DNA of 64,000 bases from Octopus sinensis (taxonomy: Eukaryota), in the NCBI RefSeq assembly GCF_006345805.1, contig NC_043019.1:17669360-17733359 (forward strand). The letters run 5' to 3'. Below the pieces are notes generated by a model. It did no database searches, was not told the DNA's origin, and was given only the letters and a program-made list of their open reading frames with translations. Numbering within the stretch: the stretch's first letter is position 1; each line of letters begins with the position of its first letter. This document shows, piece by piece, positions 24,822 to 36,423 of this stretch. The position numbers were made by a program, and so were the translations under genes.

Positions 24822-25163
24822 TGTTGAAAACTTCCTGGCTTTAAGAGGGGGTGGGGAAAGAGTGGAGCTGAAATTTGAAAAGGTGTTTTTTTTGGGTTTT
24901 TTTTTTTGGGATATTTGTAATCTCCATCTAAAACGTAGGAATCCGAAAAACTTTTCTTTTTTAAATGCTTTCTGTTCACAGCTGAAATCGTACCATGGCT
25001 GTAAGCCCAAGTTCCTGAGTTCTTTTACAGGGCTTAGAAAAACTGAAGGACCACTGCAAAAAGTGTGTGAGGCTGAGAGGGGAATATGTTGCATGAAATC
25101 ATAGTTAATTGACCCTCTTGTATTTTCTTATTCTCAAAGCCAGGAACTTTTCAGTGGCCCCTG
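24822..25163 (+). mobile_element. mariner-derived internally deleted element
   Basis: TIRs TGAGGGGGTGTTGAAAACTTCCTGGCTTT / AAAGCCAGGAACTTTTCAGTGGCCCCTGA. Transposase C-terminus CKKCVRLRGEYVA*. Confidence 0.8.
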
Positions 25164-25799
25164 ACAAAGATTACATTCTTTCTTTATGTAAACACCATAC
25201 CCGAAACTTTCTCTATGCTGGATCTGAGACTGCATCCCAGAGTGCATGGATATATATTCTTAGGTCCATTTATATCTGTATGTATGTGTATAATGATGTG
25301 TTCATGTACACGCATGTATAAGTGTATGAACATGTCTGTATATGCATGGGTATATACACAGATGTGTCTATATCAACCCCACTGCTTGGTGTCCTTAATA
25401 TTAAAATACCTTGTTTCAAATGAATCCTACAAATATATATCTCAAATATATTTCAAACAATTACAAAGAATATGGAGACTGATACAACAGCAAATTTTTC
25501 TTTTAATTTTACTGTTCGTCTTACAGTATAATTGGATGGTTAGAGTCTGATGATGTAGCCATCTCTGTATTCTTTGTAATTGTTTGAATTTACACTCCTG
25601 AAAATATTCGTAACCCAGAGAAGCGACCTTGGAGTTACGCATCAAAAGATTTACAGGGCAATTCCTAATACTAAGCAATTATTGAGGTTTATTACTACTC
25701 AATGTGGTTAGCTGTAACCTAGAATATACCTGACAGTTATCACAGTAGCTGCCTGGATAATCTATCCCCTACATATATATATATATATATATATATATG

Positions 25800-26305
25800 T
25801 ATCTAATGTAGGATAAAATTTTTTTCTAAAAAAATTTTATCAATGGCCAGCATATTAAAAAAATACCTTTAAAGGTTAAATTTATAAACAAGGGCAAAAG
25901 AAAAATTTTCTAATGCCAAATATGCCGAAATAGACTTAATTGTCAATAACGATATAATTTATCACTATAAGCACGTATTTTGAAGAAAACCGACAGAAAT
26001 TTCTAAAAAATTCCATTATTACCATGTCGGACCCGATTTAATTGTGCTCATGGTTTAGTATTTGCTTCTTCTATGGGTATGAGTAAGTATTTCATTTATT
26101 CCTTTGCCGCACTGACAAAGGGAAGGTTCTTACGAACTAAATCTGAAATCGGGTCCGATATGGTAATAACGGAATTTTTTAGAAATTTGTTGGTTTTCTT
26201 CAAAATACGTGCTTATAGTGATAAATTATATGGTTATTGACGATTAAGTCTATTTCGGCATAATTGGCATTAGAAAATTTTTCTTTTGTCCTTGTTTATA
26301 AGTTG
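25800..26305. mobile_element. (TA)n-embedded fold-back element, probably Penelope-like pLTR-derived
   Basis: About 150-bp inverted arms (25890-26040 / 26145-26300) with (TA)n on both sides. No clean hammerhead found. Confidence 0.55.
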
Positions 26306-26307
26306 TA

Positions 26308-26387
<80 letters not shown>

Positions 26388-26391
<4 letters not shown>

Positions 26392-26760
26392 TGTGTGGTA
26401 AGTAGCTTGCTAATCAACCACATGGTTCCGGGTTCAGTCCCACTGCGTGGCACCTTGGGCAAGTGTCTTCTGCTATAGCCCCGGGCCGACCAATGCTTCG
26501 TGAGTGGATTTGGTAGACGGAAACTGAAAGAAGCCTGTCGTATATATATATATATATGTGTGTGTGTTTGTCCCCCTAGCATTGCTTGACAACTGATGCT
26601 GGTGTGTTTATGTCCCCGTTACTTAGCGGTTCGGCAAAAGAGACCTATAGAATAAGTACTGGGCTTACAAAGAATAAGTCCCGGGGTCGATTTGCTCGAC
26701 TAAAGGCGGTGCTCTAGCATGGCCGCAGTCTAATGACTGAAACAAGTAAAAGAAATAAAA
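26388..26760 (+). mobile_element. SINE family A, slightly 5'-truncated
   Basis: Near-consensus copy. Confidence 0.9.
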
Positions 26761-27554
26761 TAAATATATATACACACACACACACACATATACTCGCACA
26801 TGATGTTGAGTAGTATACTCTTGGTTATGGCAGATAGCTGGCCAAACTGTTGCCACTGGCTTCGTGCCTATTGTTGCATTTGGCAATAATGATAATTCTT
26901 CAGATATGATGACCGGAAGCCCATGGCCCCTTTTTTTCGTTAGAGGTGAATATAAAATCTTGGTTTATTTGGTGCTGCTGAAAAAGGAGAAAAATATTTT
27001 CGGGACGGGTAAATAAGAGTTACCTCCCATGGTACGATTTCAGCTGTGACCAGAAAGCATTTTTTAAAAAATAAGTTTTTCGGTTTTTTACGTTTTAGAT
27101 GTCGGAGATTACAAATATAGAAAAAAAAAACCCCAAAACACCTTTACAAATTTCAGCTCCACTCTTCCCCCGCCCCCGATTAAAAATTTTGAACTTGTTT
27201 CGAAATTTTTTTAAAAAGCACCTTTTGCAAATTTAAAATGTTCACCTTCCCTTGCCACAAATTTTAAACTTTTCAAATTCCACCCCCGCCTCTCCGGCGG
27301 ACATGACGCACAGTTACCCCCCCCCCAACACACACAACAGAAATTTTTTTTTTCCAGCTGAAATTTGAAAAGATGTTTTTTTTTTTTTTTTTTGCTTGGA
27401 CTTGTGCCTGGGAGGGTAACTTTCTAGGTGCAATCCCATGCTCATTCATGTCTGAAGAGGGTCCATCTATTCTCTTGTCTGAACTCAAAAAAGCAGAATG
27501 ATAGAAAATTCGTTTTGACATTGTTGTCTTTCCGTTTTCCAAAAGACAGAACAG

Positions 27555-27950
27555 AGCCCAGAATATACACATCATTATACACATACATACAGATATACAT
27601 GGACCTAAGAATATATATCCATGCACCCTGGGATGCAGTCTCAGATCCAGCATAGAGAAAGTTTCGGGTATGGTGTTTACATAAAGAAAGACTGTGATCT
27701 TTTTGAGGGGCCACTGAAAAGTTCCTGGCTTTGAGAATAAGAAAATACAGGGGAGGGGGGGTCAATTAACTATGTTTTCATGCAACATATTCCCCTCTCA
27801 GCCTCACACACTTATTGCAGTGGTCCATCAGTTTTTCTAAGCCCTATAAAAGAACTCAGGAACTTGGGCTTACAGCCATGGTACGATTTCAGCTGTGACC
27901 AGGAAGCATTTAAAAAAAAAAAGTTTATCGGATTCCTACGTTAAAACGCT
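27555..27950 (-). repeat. inverted duplicate of 24940-25310 (mariner 3' end plus unique flank)
   Basis: Reverse complement of the mariner end and about 150 bp of adjacent non-TE sequence. Confidence 0.85.
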
Positions 27951-28347
27951 TCGGTCACAAATGAAATGCTGTCATGGGAAGTAACTCTGCTTTACATCTC
28001 GGAAAATATTTTAAAATTTCATCACCTTTTTCATTTCGTTCAACCTTTTATCGAAACGAAGCGAACCACAACTGTATATTCACTTCCAAGGTAAAAGAAA
28101 GGTGATTGGGAGAAGAAGCAAAAATCCTACACACAGCCAACTCCAGCATGCCTGAAAAGTCCTTACTGCCAAGTGTGGTAGCAGACGCAAAACCCTATAA
28201 CTTTTTGACCAGCTAGATTCCATAACCAGATGTATACTACTCAACAATCTAAAAGAATAATTGCTCAGTTTCTCTTTTAATTTGTGTTTTTTTCTTCTAA
28301 CTTATGGATAACTATCTGATATGTACCTGATATATATATATATATAT

Positions 28348-28385
<38 letters not shown>

Positions 28386-28404
28386 AATTGCAGCGTGGAA
28401 GGTG

Positions 28405-28624
28405 GAATGCTAGGGGGACAAACACGTACACATACACACATACATATATATACATATATACGACAGGCTTCTTTCAGTTTCCATCTACCAAATCCACTCA
28501 CAAGGCATTGGTCGGCCCGGGGCTATAGCAGAAGACACTTGCCCAAGATGCCACGCAGTGGGACTGAACCCGGAACCATGTGGTTGGTTAGCAACCTACT
28601 TACCACACAGCCACTCCTGCGCCT
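28405..28624 (-). mobile_element. SINE family A, 5' half
   Basis: Head through the internal microsatellite. Confidence 0.85.
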
Positions 28625-28626
28625 GG

Positions 28627-28894
28627 ATGTTCGATTCACTTCATCATTTAAGTTTAATTTGTTAAAATATTTTCGTCGCTTTAAGATCGCGACCTGTTCA
28701 CACGGATTTTTGTCAGTGAACAGGTTGCGGTCTTAAAGCGACGAAAATATTTTGACAAATGAAACTTAAATGTTGAAGTGATTCGAACGGCTTTTGTGTG
28801 TTTCTTAAATGGCTTACAAACACCTTCCACACTGCAATTGTTTTCGTTTCAGCTCACGATCTCAGATCAAATCTCTTGCTATGCGAGTACATCT

Positions 28895-28895
<1 letters not shown>
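28627..28895. mobile_element. fold-back mini-element with about 75-bp arms, followed by (TA)n
   Basis: Arms 28627-28700 / 28716-28788. The right arm carries a hammerhead-like motif. Confidence 0.7.
28709..28759 (+). ncRNA. type I hammerhead motif with G3:C8-swapped core
   Basis: TTTGTCA-GTGAACA-G-GTTGC...GCGAC-GAA-AATATT-T-TGACAAA. 7-bp stem I, 5-bp stem II, palindromic stem III. Confidence 0.6.
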
Positions 28896-28924
<29 letters not shown>

Positions 28925-28927
<3 letters not shown>

Positions 28928-29140
28928 GTAAAATGATATGTGACAATTATTCGGTAGCCAAGATAAAACTCTTGAGTTTCGCATGCCGAGGTTGTGGATT
29001 TCCACCTCGGCATCCGAAACTCAGAGTTTTATCTTGACTACCGAATAATTGTCACATATTATTTTACAGATAAATTCCTCTATTTACATAATATTGAAGT
29101 CTCTTTCATTCTTTTGTTGTTTTACCGTTTTTACCAATAT
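28925..29140. mobile_element. fold-back mini-element centred on a hammerhead stem II, in (TA)n
   Basis: About 70-bp arms around GTGG-ATTT-CCAC. Same family as 30245-30490 and 39385-39475. Confidence 0.75.
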
Positions 29141-29159
29141 GTATATATATATATATATA

Positions 29160-29700
29160 ATCAATGATAACAAAGGGTAAAATTAATTAATTAACTAGTA
29201 ATCAATAATTTCATCAAGTAGAATTCGGCATGAAAAGGGACTGTATCTCGGTAAATTTAAGTAATATTTTATAATAGGGCTCAGCAAAGATTTGTTTTAC
29301 CACATACTGGAGTTTAGAAATAGCAGCCAGAGAACCTTAGGGATTCCTGGACAAAAACAAGGTACTCGAAAACAATCCATGCAGGCAGAGATGAAGAATA
29401 ACAAAAATCAATCAATATTTGATTACCTATGTACGCGTTTCAGAATTAGTTCGGTATAAATAATATAGATTTTACTTTACCCAAACATTTTCCTCGTCAG
29501 CATAGGACTTCACAATATAATATATTAAATCCGGAGGCACTGGAAGAATCGAATGTAGCTTTCCTGCCAACAGAATTAGACAGACTACCTTCAACATCCA
29601 GTACCGCCGAATTCAAAAATATACGAATGAGGTTCATCATCTTCCCCTGCCAATCCACATGTGCCATCAAGTAAAAATCTACAGAAAAAACTGTGAATTT
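29160..29700 (-). mobile_element. Penelope-like pLTR remnant with hammerhead
   Basis: Begins at a (TA)n tract. Flanks of its hammerhead (ATTACCTATGTAC) are shared with the 6995-7625 family. Confidence 0.6.
29426..29506 (-). ncRNA. type I hammerhead ribozyme motif, canonical core
   Basis: Minus strand: CCTATG-CTGACGA-GGAA...TTCT-GAA-ACGCGT-A-CATAGG. GUA cleavage triplet, palindromic stem III. Confidence 0.8.
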
Positions 29701-30244
29701 ATATAAATAAGGATAAGATCGTTAATTTAGAATAAAATAAGATTTTATTAAGTGGTCAGCATGGAAAAAATAACCTTCAAAGATAATAATTATTAAAATG
29801 ATAAATTAGGGTATCTACAAGATACCACCATGCTGAAAATAGCAGCCATGATCTGACTCTAAAAACTACCTTAATTGTCTTTTTTGACACTATTTTATTG
29901 CCATAATTTACAACTGTTTTCAATTCATAGCTCACCGAATAAAGTATAACAGTACACCATTGACCTTTTAAAAATTGTATTAACCAAAACACACACACAC
30001 ACACAAAATCAAATTAGTTGTAAAGCAGAGATGGGTGCACTGCATTAAAAACACTCTGTGGCTCTGTGGTAAGAAGCTTGCTTCCCAACCACATGGTTCT
30101 GGTTCGATTTCACTGCATGGCAGCTTGGGCTAATGTCTGCTATTATAGTCTTGAGCCAACCAAAGCCTTGTCAGTAGATCTGGTAGACAGAAACTGAAAG
30201 AAGCCTCCTGTATACATATATATATATTATATATATATATATAT

Positions 30245-30490
30245 ATATCTGTAAATATAATATGTGACAATTATTTGGTAGCCATGATAAAACTCCGAGT
30301 ATCGGATGTCGGGGTGGAAACCCACGTTGCCATCTCTTCAGTTATCCAGCCATCGAAAAATGCTATGATTTTTTCATAACATTTTTCATGGCTACCAAAT
30401 AATTGTCGCATGTTATATTTACAAATAAATTCCTCAATTTACATAATATCAAGGTCTCTTTCATTCTTTGTTGTCTTACCATTTCTATCA
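30245..30490. mobile_element. fold-back mini-element with a minus-strand hammerhead (30286-30346, GAAA mutated to GATA)
   Basis: GATAA-CTGAAGA-GATG...CATC-C-GATA-CTCGGAGT-T-TTATC. (TA)n on both sides. Confidence 0.7.
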
Positions 30491-30531
<41 letters not shown>

Positions 30532-31260
30532 AGTAATGCATCCCGGTGTTGCCAGGGTGTTATGACCTCCAGCCACATTGTATTATTTGCTCCTTTCTTA
30601 TGGGCAGAACTGGCACAGCTGATATATAGTTAATGGCACAATGGAAGTTATTATTTGTTTAATACTGAAAAAGGGATGGTACAATTTGCATGGGTTTGCA
30701 TAGAAGTACTTTCTGTTCTTAAGAAGGATCACAAATTATGTATTGTTTCATTGTATAAAAGGGGGTTGATATGATTTTGTTTAGAAATTACATTTTCAAA
30801 ATTTTAATTTCTCCCCATCCCCTACCACAATTTCTTGATTTGTAAATTTTTCAATTTTTTTTTTTCATCTATGTAAAGAAAAATACAGAGATTATGAATC
30901 TGGGAAATATATATATATCTTTTTATAGTTAAATTTTTCTTAAAGAAACAGTCACTCTCCCTTTCCCAACCTCACCCACCCATCACCTACCTGCTAAAAT
31001 TTCCCAATCTTTCACTTTTGTTTAATGTTTCCTGCATGCATAGAATTCTACTGAAGTAGCAGATGTAAAAAAATACAGACCACCACCAGAAAACCTGACA
31101 TGCTAGAAACAACAGGTAAATGACATTATTTCTGAAGAAACTTCCTTGCTTTCCAAAAAGCTAAAAGTGAAACATTGGGAGCGTGTAACTTTTTGTAAGT
31201 GGTTAAGTGACGGGTAAAATTCTTAAAGGTTTACACTCTCTGATTTTTCTCCATGAATTA

Positions 31261-31660
31261 CTCTTTTACTCTTTTACTTGTTTCAGTCATTTGACTGCGG
31301 CCATGCTGGAGCACCGCCTTTAGTCGAGCAACTCGACCCCAGGACTTATTCTTTGTAAGCCCAGTACTTATTCTATCAGTCTCTTTTGCCAAACCGCTAA
31401 GTGACGGGGACGTAAACACACCAGCATCGGTTATCAAGCAATGCTAGGAGGACAGACACACAAACACACACACACATATATATATATATACATATATACA
31501 ACAAGCTTCTTTCAGTTTCCGTCTACCAAATCCACTCACAAGGCACTGGTTGGCCCGGGGCTATAGCAGAAGACACTTGCCCAAGATGCCACGCAGTGGG
31601 ACTGAACCCGGAACCATGTGGTTGGTTAGCAAGCTACTTACCACACAGCCACTCCTGCAC
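31261..31660 (-). mobile_element. SINE family A, full length
   Basis: Near-consensus copy. Confidence 0.9.
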
Positions 31661-31964
31661 TTATCGAAAAAAATTTGAAAAAAATAAAAAATGAATTTGG
31701 TGTGGAGAGGGAAAAAATTAAAATATTGAAGAAGTGTTTTGTGGGTGAATTCCTAATTTCCTGTATTGCAAACATGGGAACCAGAAGGAGAAGCAGGAGA
31801 TGCTAGAAAGAAGAAGTAAAGGACAGAATTTCTGGTAAAACCTCCTTTTAAGCTTATATCAAAGATCAGGTTTTTAAATATGCTCATCATAAACACAAAT
31901 TACACAATAGAAAATTGGATTTGAGCTGTAAATTTGCGTGTGTACACTGCAAGAAATAACATAA

Positions 31965-32170
31965 TCACTGGAGAAGGACATCATGCTCGGAATGGTCAGT
32001 GGCAAGAGAGGAAGAGGCCGACCAAGAACCTGCTGGCTTGACACCATCAAGAGTGATACCGGAATGGACATAGCCAATCTGAAAGAAGCGGCCCAGGATA
32101 GAACTGACTGAAGGACACTGATCCAACGAGTGACCGAGAGTCGACTTCGACTGAGCGGACAGATAGATAG
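31965..32170 (+). mobile_element. RTE-BovB-like LINE 3' end
   Basis: SLEKDIMLGMVSGKRGRGRPRTCWLDTIKSDTGMDIANLKEAAQDRTD*RTLIQRVTESRLRLSG, then a GATA-like tail. Confidence 0.85.
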
Positions 32171-32497
32171 TGTGTATGTATGTGTGTGAGAAAGGCAAGG
32201 GGAGGAGAGTTGAGCCCATGTGGTGCAAAGGAGCGAATATATATACTCTCTTACCAAATTGACTCAACCATACAAACAAGCACACTAGTTTCTGCACTCA
32301 TGCACACACACTGACACACACACACACTAGAAAGTACACTTGCAGGCACACACACACACACACACATACATGCATGTACATGTGTATGTGCAACACCCTG
32401 TCCCCTCCCCCGTCCTCCACTCCTCTCCTTACCTCTTCACATAATGAACTACACCCATAAATCTTTACAAGATAACAAGCAAACAGCGGATCTGTTG

Positions 32498-32657
32498 GCC
32501 GTGATCGTCTATTGGTTAGGAGCCCAGGCTGTGGCCGTGATAACCCAAGTTCGAATCCTGGTTATGGCAGCTCAGCTTTTAAATGGCGGTGCCCCAGCAT
32601 GGCCACAGCTCGTGAGCTGAAACTAGAAAAAATAAAAATAAAAAATAAAATAAATAA
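32498..32657 (+). mobile_element. short SINE: tRNA-His(GTG)-derived head (32498-32569), CR1-type 3' hairpin, A-rich tail
   Basis: GCCGTGATCGTCTATTGGTTAGG...GTGGCC...GTTCGAATCCTGGTTATGGCA followed by GGCGGTGCCCCAGCATGGCCACAGCTCGTGAGCTGAAAC and (AAAAT)n. Confidence 0.8.
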
Positions 32658-33264
32658 ACCCCAGTGGGTCTGAGACTGAACTGATCTTGAATAAAGAGGC
32701 CAAACCCTTAAAGATGTTACAGATGGCCAAGGCACACACACACACACACACACACTCACAAACACACAAACACATACAAGCAGGCTCGTGAGTGTACATA
32801 CATAACCACATGCACACACATATACACAGACATACTTTTCATTTACTCTCACCCTCCCCTTCTCTTGTAAACAACCCCACATCTACATACACACAGGCAT
32901 AAGACCAATTCTCAAGACAGACTCAAGATAGACCCACCCCGAAGAGAGAGGGCAGGTCCTCGATGATGAGGTCATGAACAGCAACGAAAGGACTTTGACA
33001 AACAAACAACTGATTGATTGTTTAACCAACACATTAAACAAATGATCAATTAGTTAATTGGTTAGATATTTAACCAATTCGCTAACAATAAAGAAGTGAT
33101 ACTGAATCAGTGTGTGTGTTTATTATAATTGGCACAATGACCCTCTCAAGATACACGATATTGTGTTTTCTTTTGCCATGATGAATTTTAGTCAAATGAA
33201 TCAATACCAGTTCTTACTTCTTTTTTTTTTTTAATCTGGTTCTTTTCTAAGAGTCTCTTTTGCC

Positions 33265-33670
33265 TGGTACAAGTGTGGCTGTGTGGGAAAAAACTTGCTT
33301 CTCAATCACAAGGTTTCTGGTTCAGTCTCACTGCATGGTACTTTAGGCAAGTGTCCTCTGCTATAGCTTCAGGCCAAACAAAGCCTTGTGAGTAAATTTG
33401 CTGGACAGAAACTGAAAGAAGCCTGTCATATATCTGTGTCTGTGTGTGTGTGTGTGCATGTGTGTGTGTTTTTGTCCCCATCATTGCTTGACAACTTGTG
33501 TTGATGTGTTTACGTTCTTGTAACTTAGCAGTTTGGCAAAAGTAACCAATAGAATAAATACCAGGCTTTAAAATAAAAGTAGTGTGGTTTATTCATTCAG
33601 CTAAAAAAACTTTTAAGGCAGTGCCCCAGCATGGCCACAGTCTAATGAATGAAACAAGTAAAAGACAAAA
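33265..33670 (+). mobile_element. SINE family A, diverged
   Basis: Head, microsatellite and tail recognisable. Confidence 0.82.
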
Positions 33671-34083
33671 TACACACACACACACAAACACACACACACA
33701 TGCAAAAATGTTTATTAATTAGCTTCTTCAAACAGATAAGGGGAATATGACTGAGCATTTTTGTAGGGAACAGAGCTAACAGGATTGTTCTGTGCCAGAT
33801 GGGATGACTGACTGGTGTTGAAGCAGATCTTTAAAACCTGATAGAGGACTGGAGACAGGGACCTTGCAGAGAGAAGGTTTACGACAGCACTTAGATATAG
33901 ACAAGGTGGGACACGAGGAAGCAACGCAAATACTAAGAATATGCATGTAGAGATGTATTAGAACATCTACATGTATCTGAGGATATGAATATAGATGTAG
34001 GTGATCTCCTGATAACTGGACTGTTGAAAGAAATTACAATTCCAATAATTGTACATGTGTGAGTGCATCACCCTGTCCCCTCC

Positions 34084-34383
34084 CCCGACCATCTGATCAT
34101 GGCCGTTGCCAGCCTCGCCTGGTCCCCGTGCCGGTGGCACGTAAAAAACACCAACCAATCGTGGCCGCTGCCAGCCTCCCCTGGCACCTGTGCCAGTGGC
34201 ACGTAAAAAGTACCCACTACACTCACGGAGTGGTTGGCGTTAGGAAGGGCATCCAGCCGTAGAAACACTGCCAGATCAGACTGGGCCTAATGCAGCCTTC
34301 TGGCTTCCCAGACCCCAGTTGAACCGTCCAACCCATGCTAGTATGGAAAGCGGACGCTAAACGATGATGATGATGATGATGAA
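34084..34383 (+). mobile_element. repeat family F
   Basis: GGTGGCACGTAAAAA repeats and (GAT)n tail. Confidence 0.85.
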
Positions 34384-34474
34384 TAAACCATCACTGATGC
34401 AATGCAACATTATCCAATGTCTTTCAGTTTTTAAAGGGTATGGTTTGGTTTGAAGGAGATTTTGGCTGCCTGTC

Positions 34475-34930
34475 TAATTCATTGGTTTCAAATTTTGGCA
34501 CAAAGCCAGCAGTTTTGGGGAAGGGTTAAGTTGATCACACTGACCCCCATTGTTCATCTGGTACTTATTTTATCAACTCTGAAAAGATAAGCGACACAGT
34601 TGACCTTGGTGTAGTTTGAACTCAGAACTTAAAGACGAATGAATTGATGCTAAGCATTTTGCCCGGCATGCTAATGATTCTGCCAGCTTGCTGCCTTAGC
34701 CTGTCCTAATTAAATGATTTCAAATTTTGGCACAAGGCCGGCAGTTTTGGGAGAGGGGGCAAGTTGATTACATCGAACCCATTGTTCAACTGGTACTTAT
34801 GTTATTGATCGTGAAAGGATGGAAGGTAAAGTTGACCTTGGAAGAATTTGAACTCAGAACATGAAGACAGATGAAATGCCACTGAGCACTTTGCCCAGCA
34901 TGCTCACAGCTCTGCTCATTCACTGCTTTA
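34475..34930 (-). mobile_element. two tandem diverged copies of a family-B-related SINE with a different tail (family D)
   Basis: B-like head in reverse with tail ...TGTGCCAAAATTTGAAA. A TSD-flanked copy lies at 63204-63379. Confidence 0.7.
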
Positions 34931-34936
34931 GCCTGT

Positions 34937-35372
34937 CTAATTAATTAATTAACAACTGCTTCACAAATGAGCTCCAGTCTAGGGTATGAATCTGTTGTTG
35001 CTGTATGTGTGTTGAGCGTAGTGGTCTTTGTCACAGAGTGGGAGAAGTCCAAAACGTGGTCCTTTACTATTCGTAAGACCCACAGAAGAGAAAGCAGGTC
35101 AACCCCCAACACCGAGAGCATCGACGGATGGATGAATGCGCATCCAGGCTCAGCGGTTGCGTAGGAAGTCGGGGATAAGAAACAGGAAGAAAGAGTGAGA
35201 GAAAGTTGGAGCGAAAGAGTACAACAGGGGTCACCACCATCCCCTGCTGGAGCCTCGTGGAGCTTTAGGTGTTTTCGCTCAATAAACACACACAACGCCC
35301 GGTCTGGGAATCGAAAACATGATCCTCCGACCACAAGTCAGCTGCCCTAACCATTGGGCCATTGCGCCTCCA
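34937..35372 (-). mobile_element. SINE family C, tail type 3
   Basis: Family C head (35200-35372) joined to a unique ~260-bp tail. Confidence 0.8.
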
Positions 35373-35619
35373 CTTGTTGCTGTCGTCGTCTTCTTCTTCT
35401 TCTTCTTCTTCCAATCAGGACTCATGCCATTTGTCACAAAGAATAATCTCTAATTCGAGCCTACTCTTAGCTACTAAGAGTGCATGTGGCAACTTAAAAA
35501 TCCACCCACCACACGCAGTAGACTAGCAGTTGCATGGGTGCGAAAGATACATTGTTATCCTCATTCCATAAACGGTGGCTTTTAACGGGTGGAGAGCCGA
35601 ACCATCCTGGGGTACAGAG

Positions 35620-35896
35620 GATTCGCAATCTAGACTAGGGTCTGGAAGTTTACCACACCATAGTGGGTTACACCATGGTTCCTCTGCTTTGTGGCAGAAG
35701 TAGGAAGAAAGAATGAAAGAAATTTGTGGTGAAAGAGTATAGCAGGGTTCACCATCTCCCCCCCCTCCGCCGGAGCCTCGTGGAGCTTTAGATGTTTTTG
35801 CTCAATAAACACTTACAATGACCGGTCTGGGAATTGAAACCGCGTTCTTACGACTGCCAGTCCGCTGTCCTAACCACTGGGCCATTGTGCTTCCAC
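35620..35896 (-). mobile_element. SINE family C-like, tail type 4
   Basis: Diverged family C head with another tail. Confidence 0.7.
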
Positions 35897-36423
35897 TTTT
35901 GTTGTTGTTGTTGCCAATGCAGCTGATAATGTAGGTGTGGTTGTTGCTATTGTTGTTGTTGTTGTTGTTGCTTTTTAGCCCCGAGTCAGTCCTGATCAAG
36001 CAGACCTGTGATGAAAGGTGTTTACATGTCCCAAATTAGCTTGGCTTCCAGTTGGACCTGAATCTTATGGTTTGTGCAGCTGTCCCCTTTTTAAAAGGAA
36101 GAAAGAAAGAAAAGAAGGAGGAGGGGATACCAGTTTAAACTGGGTATAAATTATTTGGTGTGAATCATTTACTTAAGATTTATGGATTATCACAGACCAA
36201 CCTCAGATAAAGCAATCTCTCGCCGTGACTGTCCATTAATGAGGCTACAATATTTTGTGACGAAAGACTTCTTTGGAAAAGGTTCTTCACTAAAATGTCA
36301 GCCCTCCACCTTTCTCTCCTCATGGAACCATGAACTTGTTTTGTTTTAATGAATTTTTGTTATCAGTTTGGCTGTAATTAGTTTTATCAATGAAGCAGAA
36401 CTAATGTGAGTCTCATAGTGTAA

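Noticed and set aside
31040-31120. possible exon ending ACAACAG|GTAAAT
   Set aside because: All three frames from the nearest acceptor contain stops, and there is no homology.
32498-32569. functional tRNA-His gene
   Set aside because: Mismatches in the anticodon and T stems and an altered A box, and it is fused to a retroposon tail. Treated as a SINE head.
32950-33000. hammerhead-like ATGATGAG...CGAAAGGAC
   Set aside because: The core lacks C3, and stems I and II do not pair convincingly.
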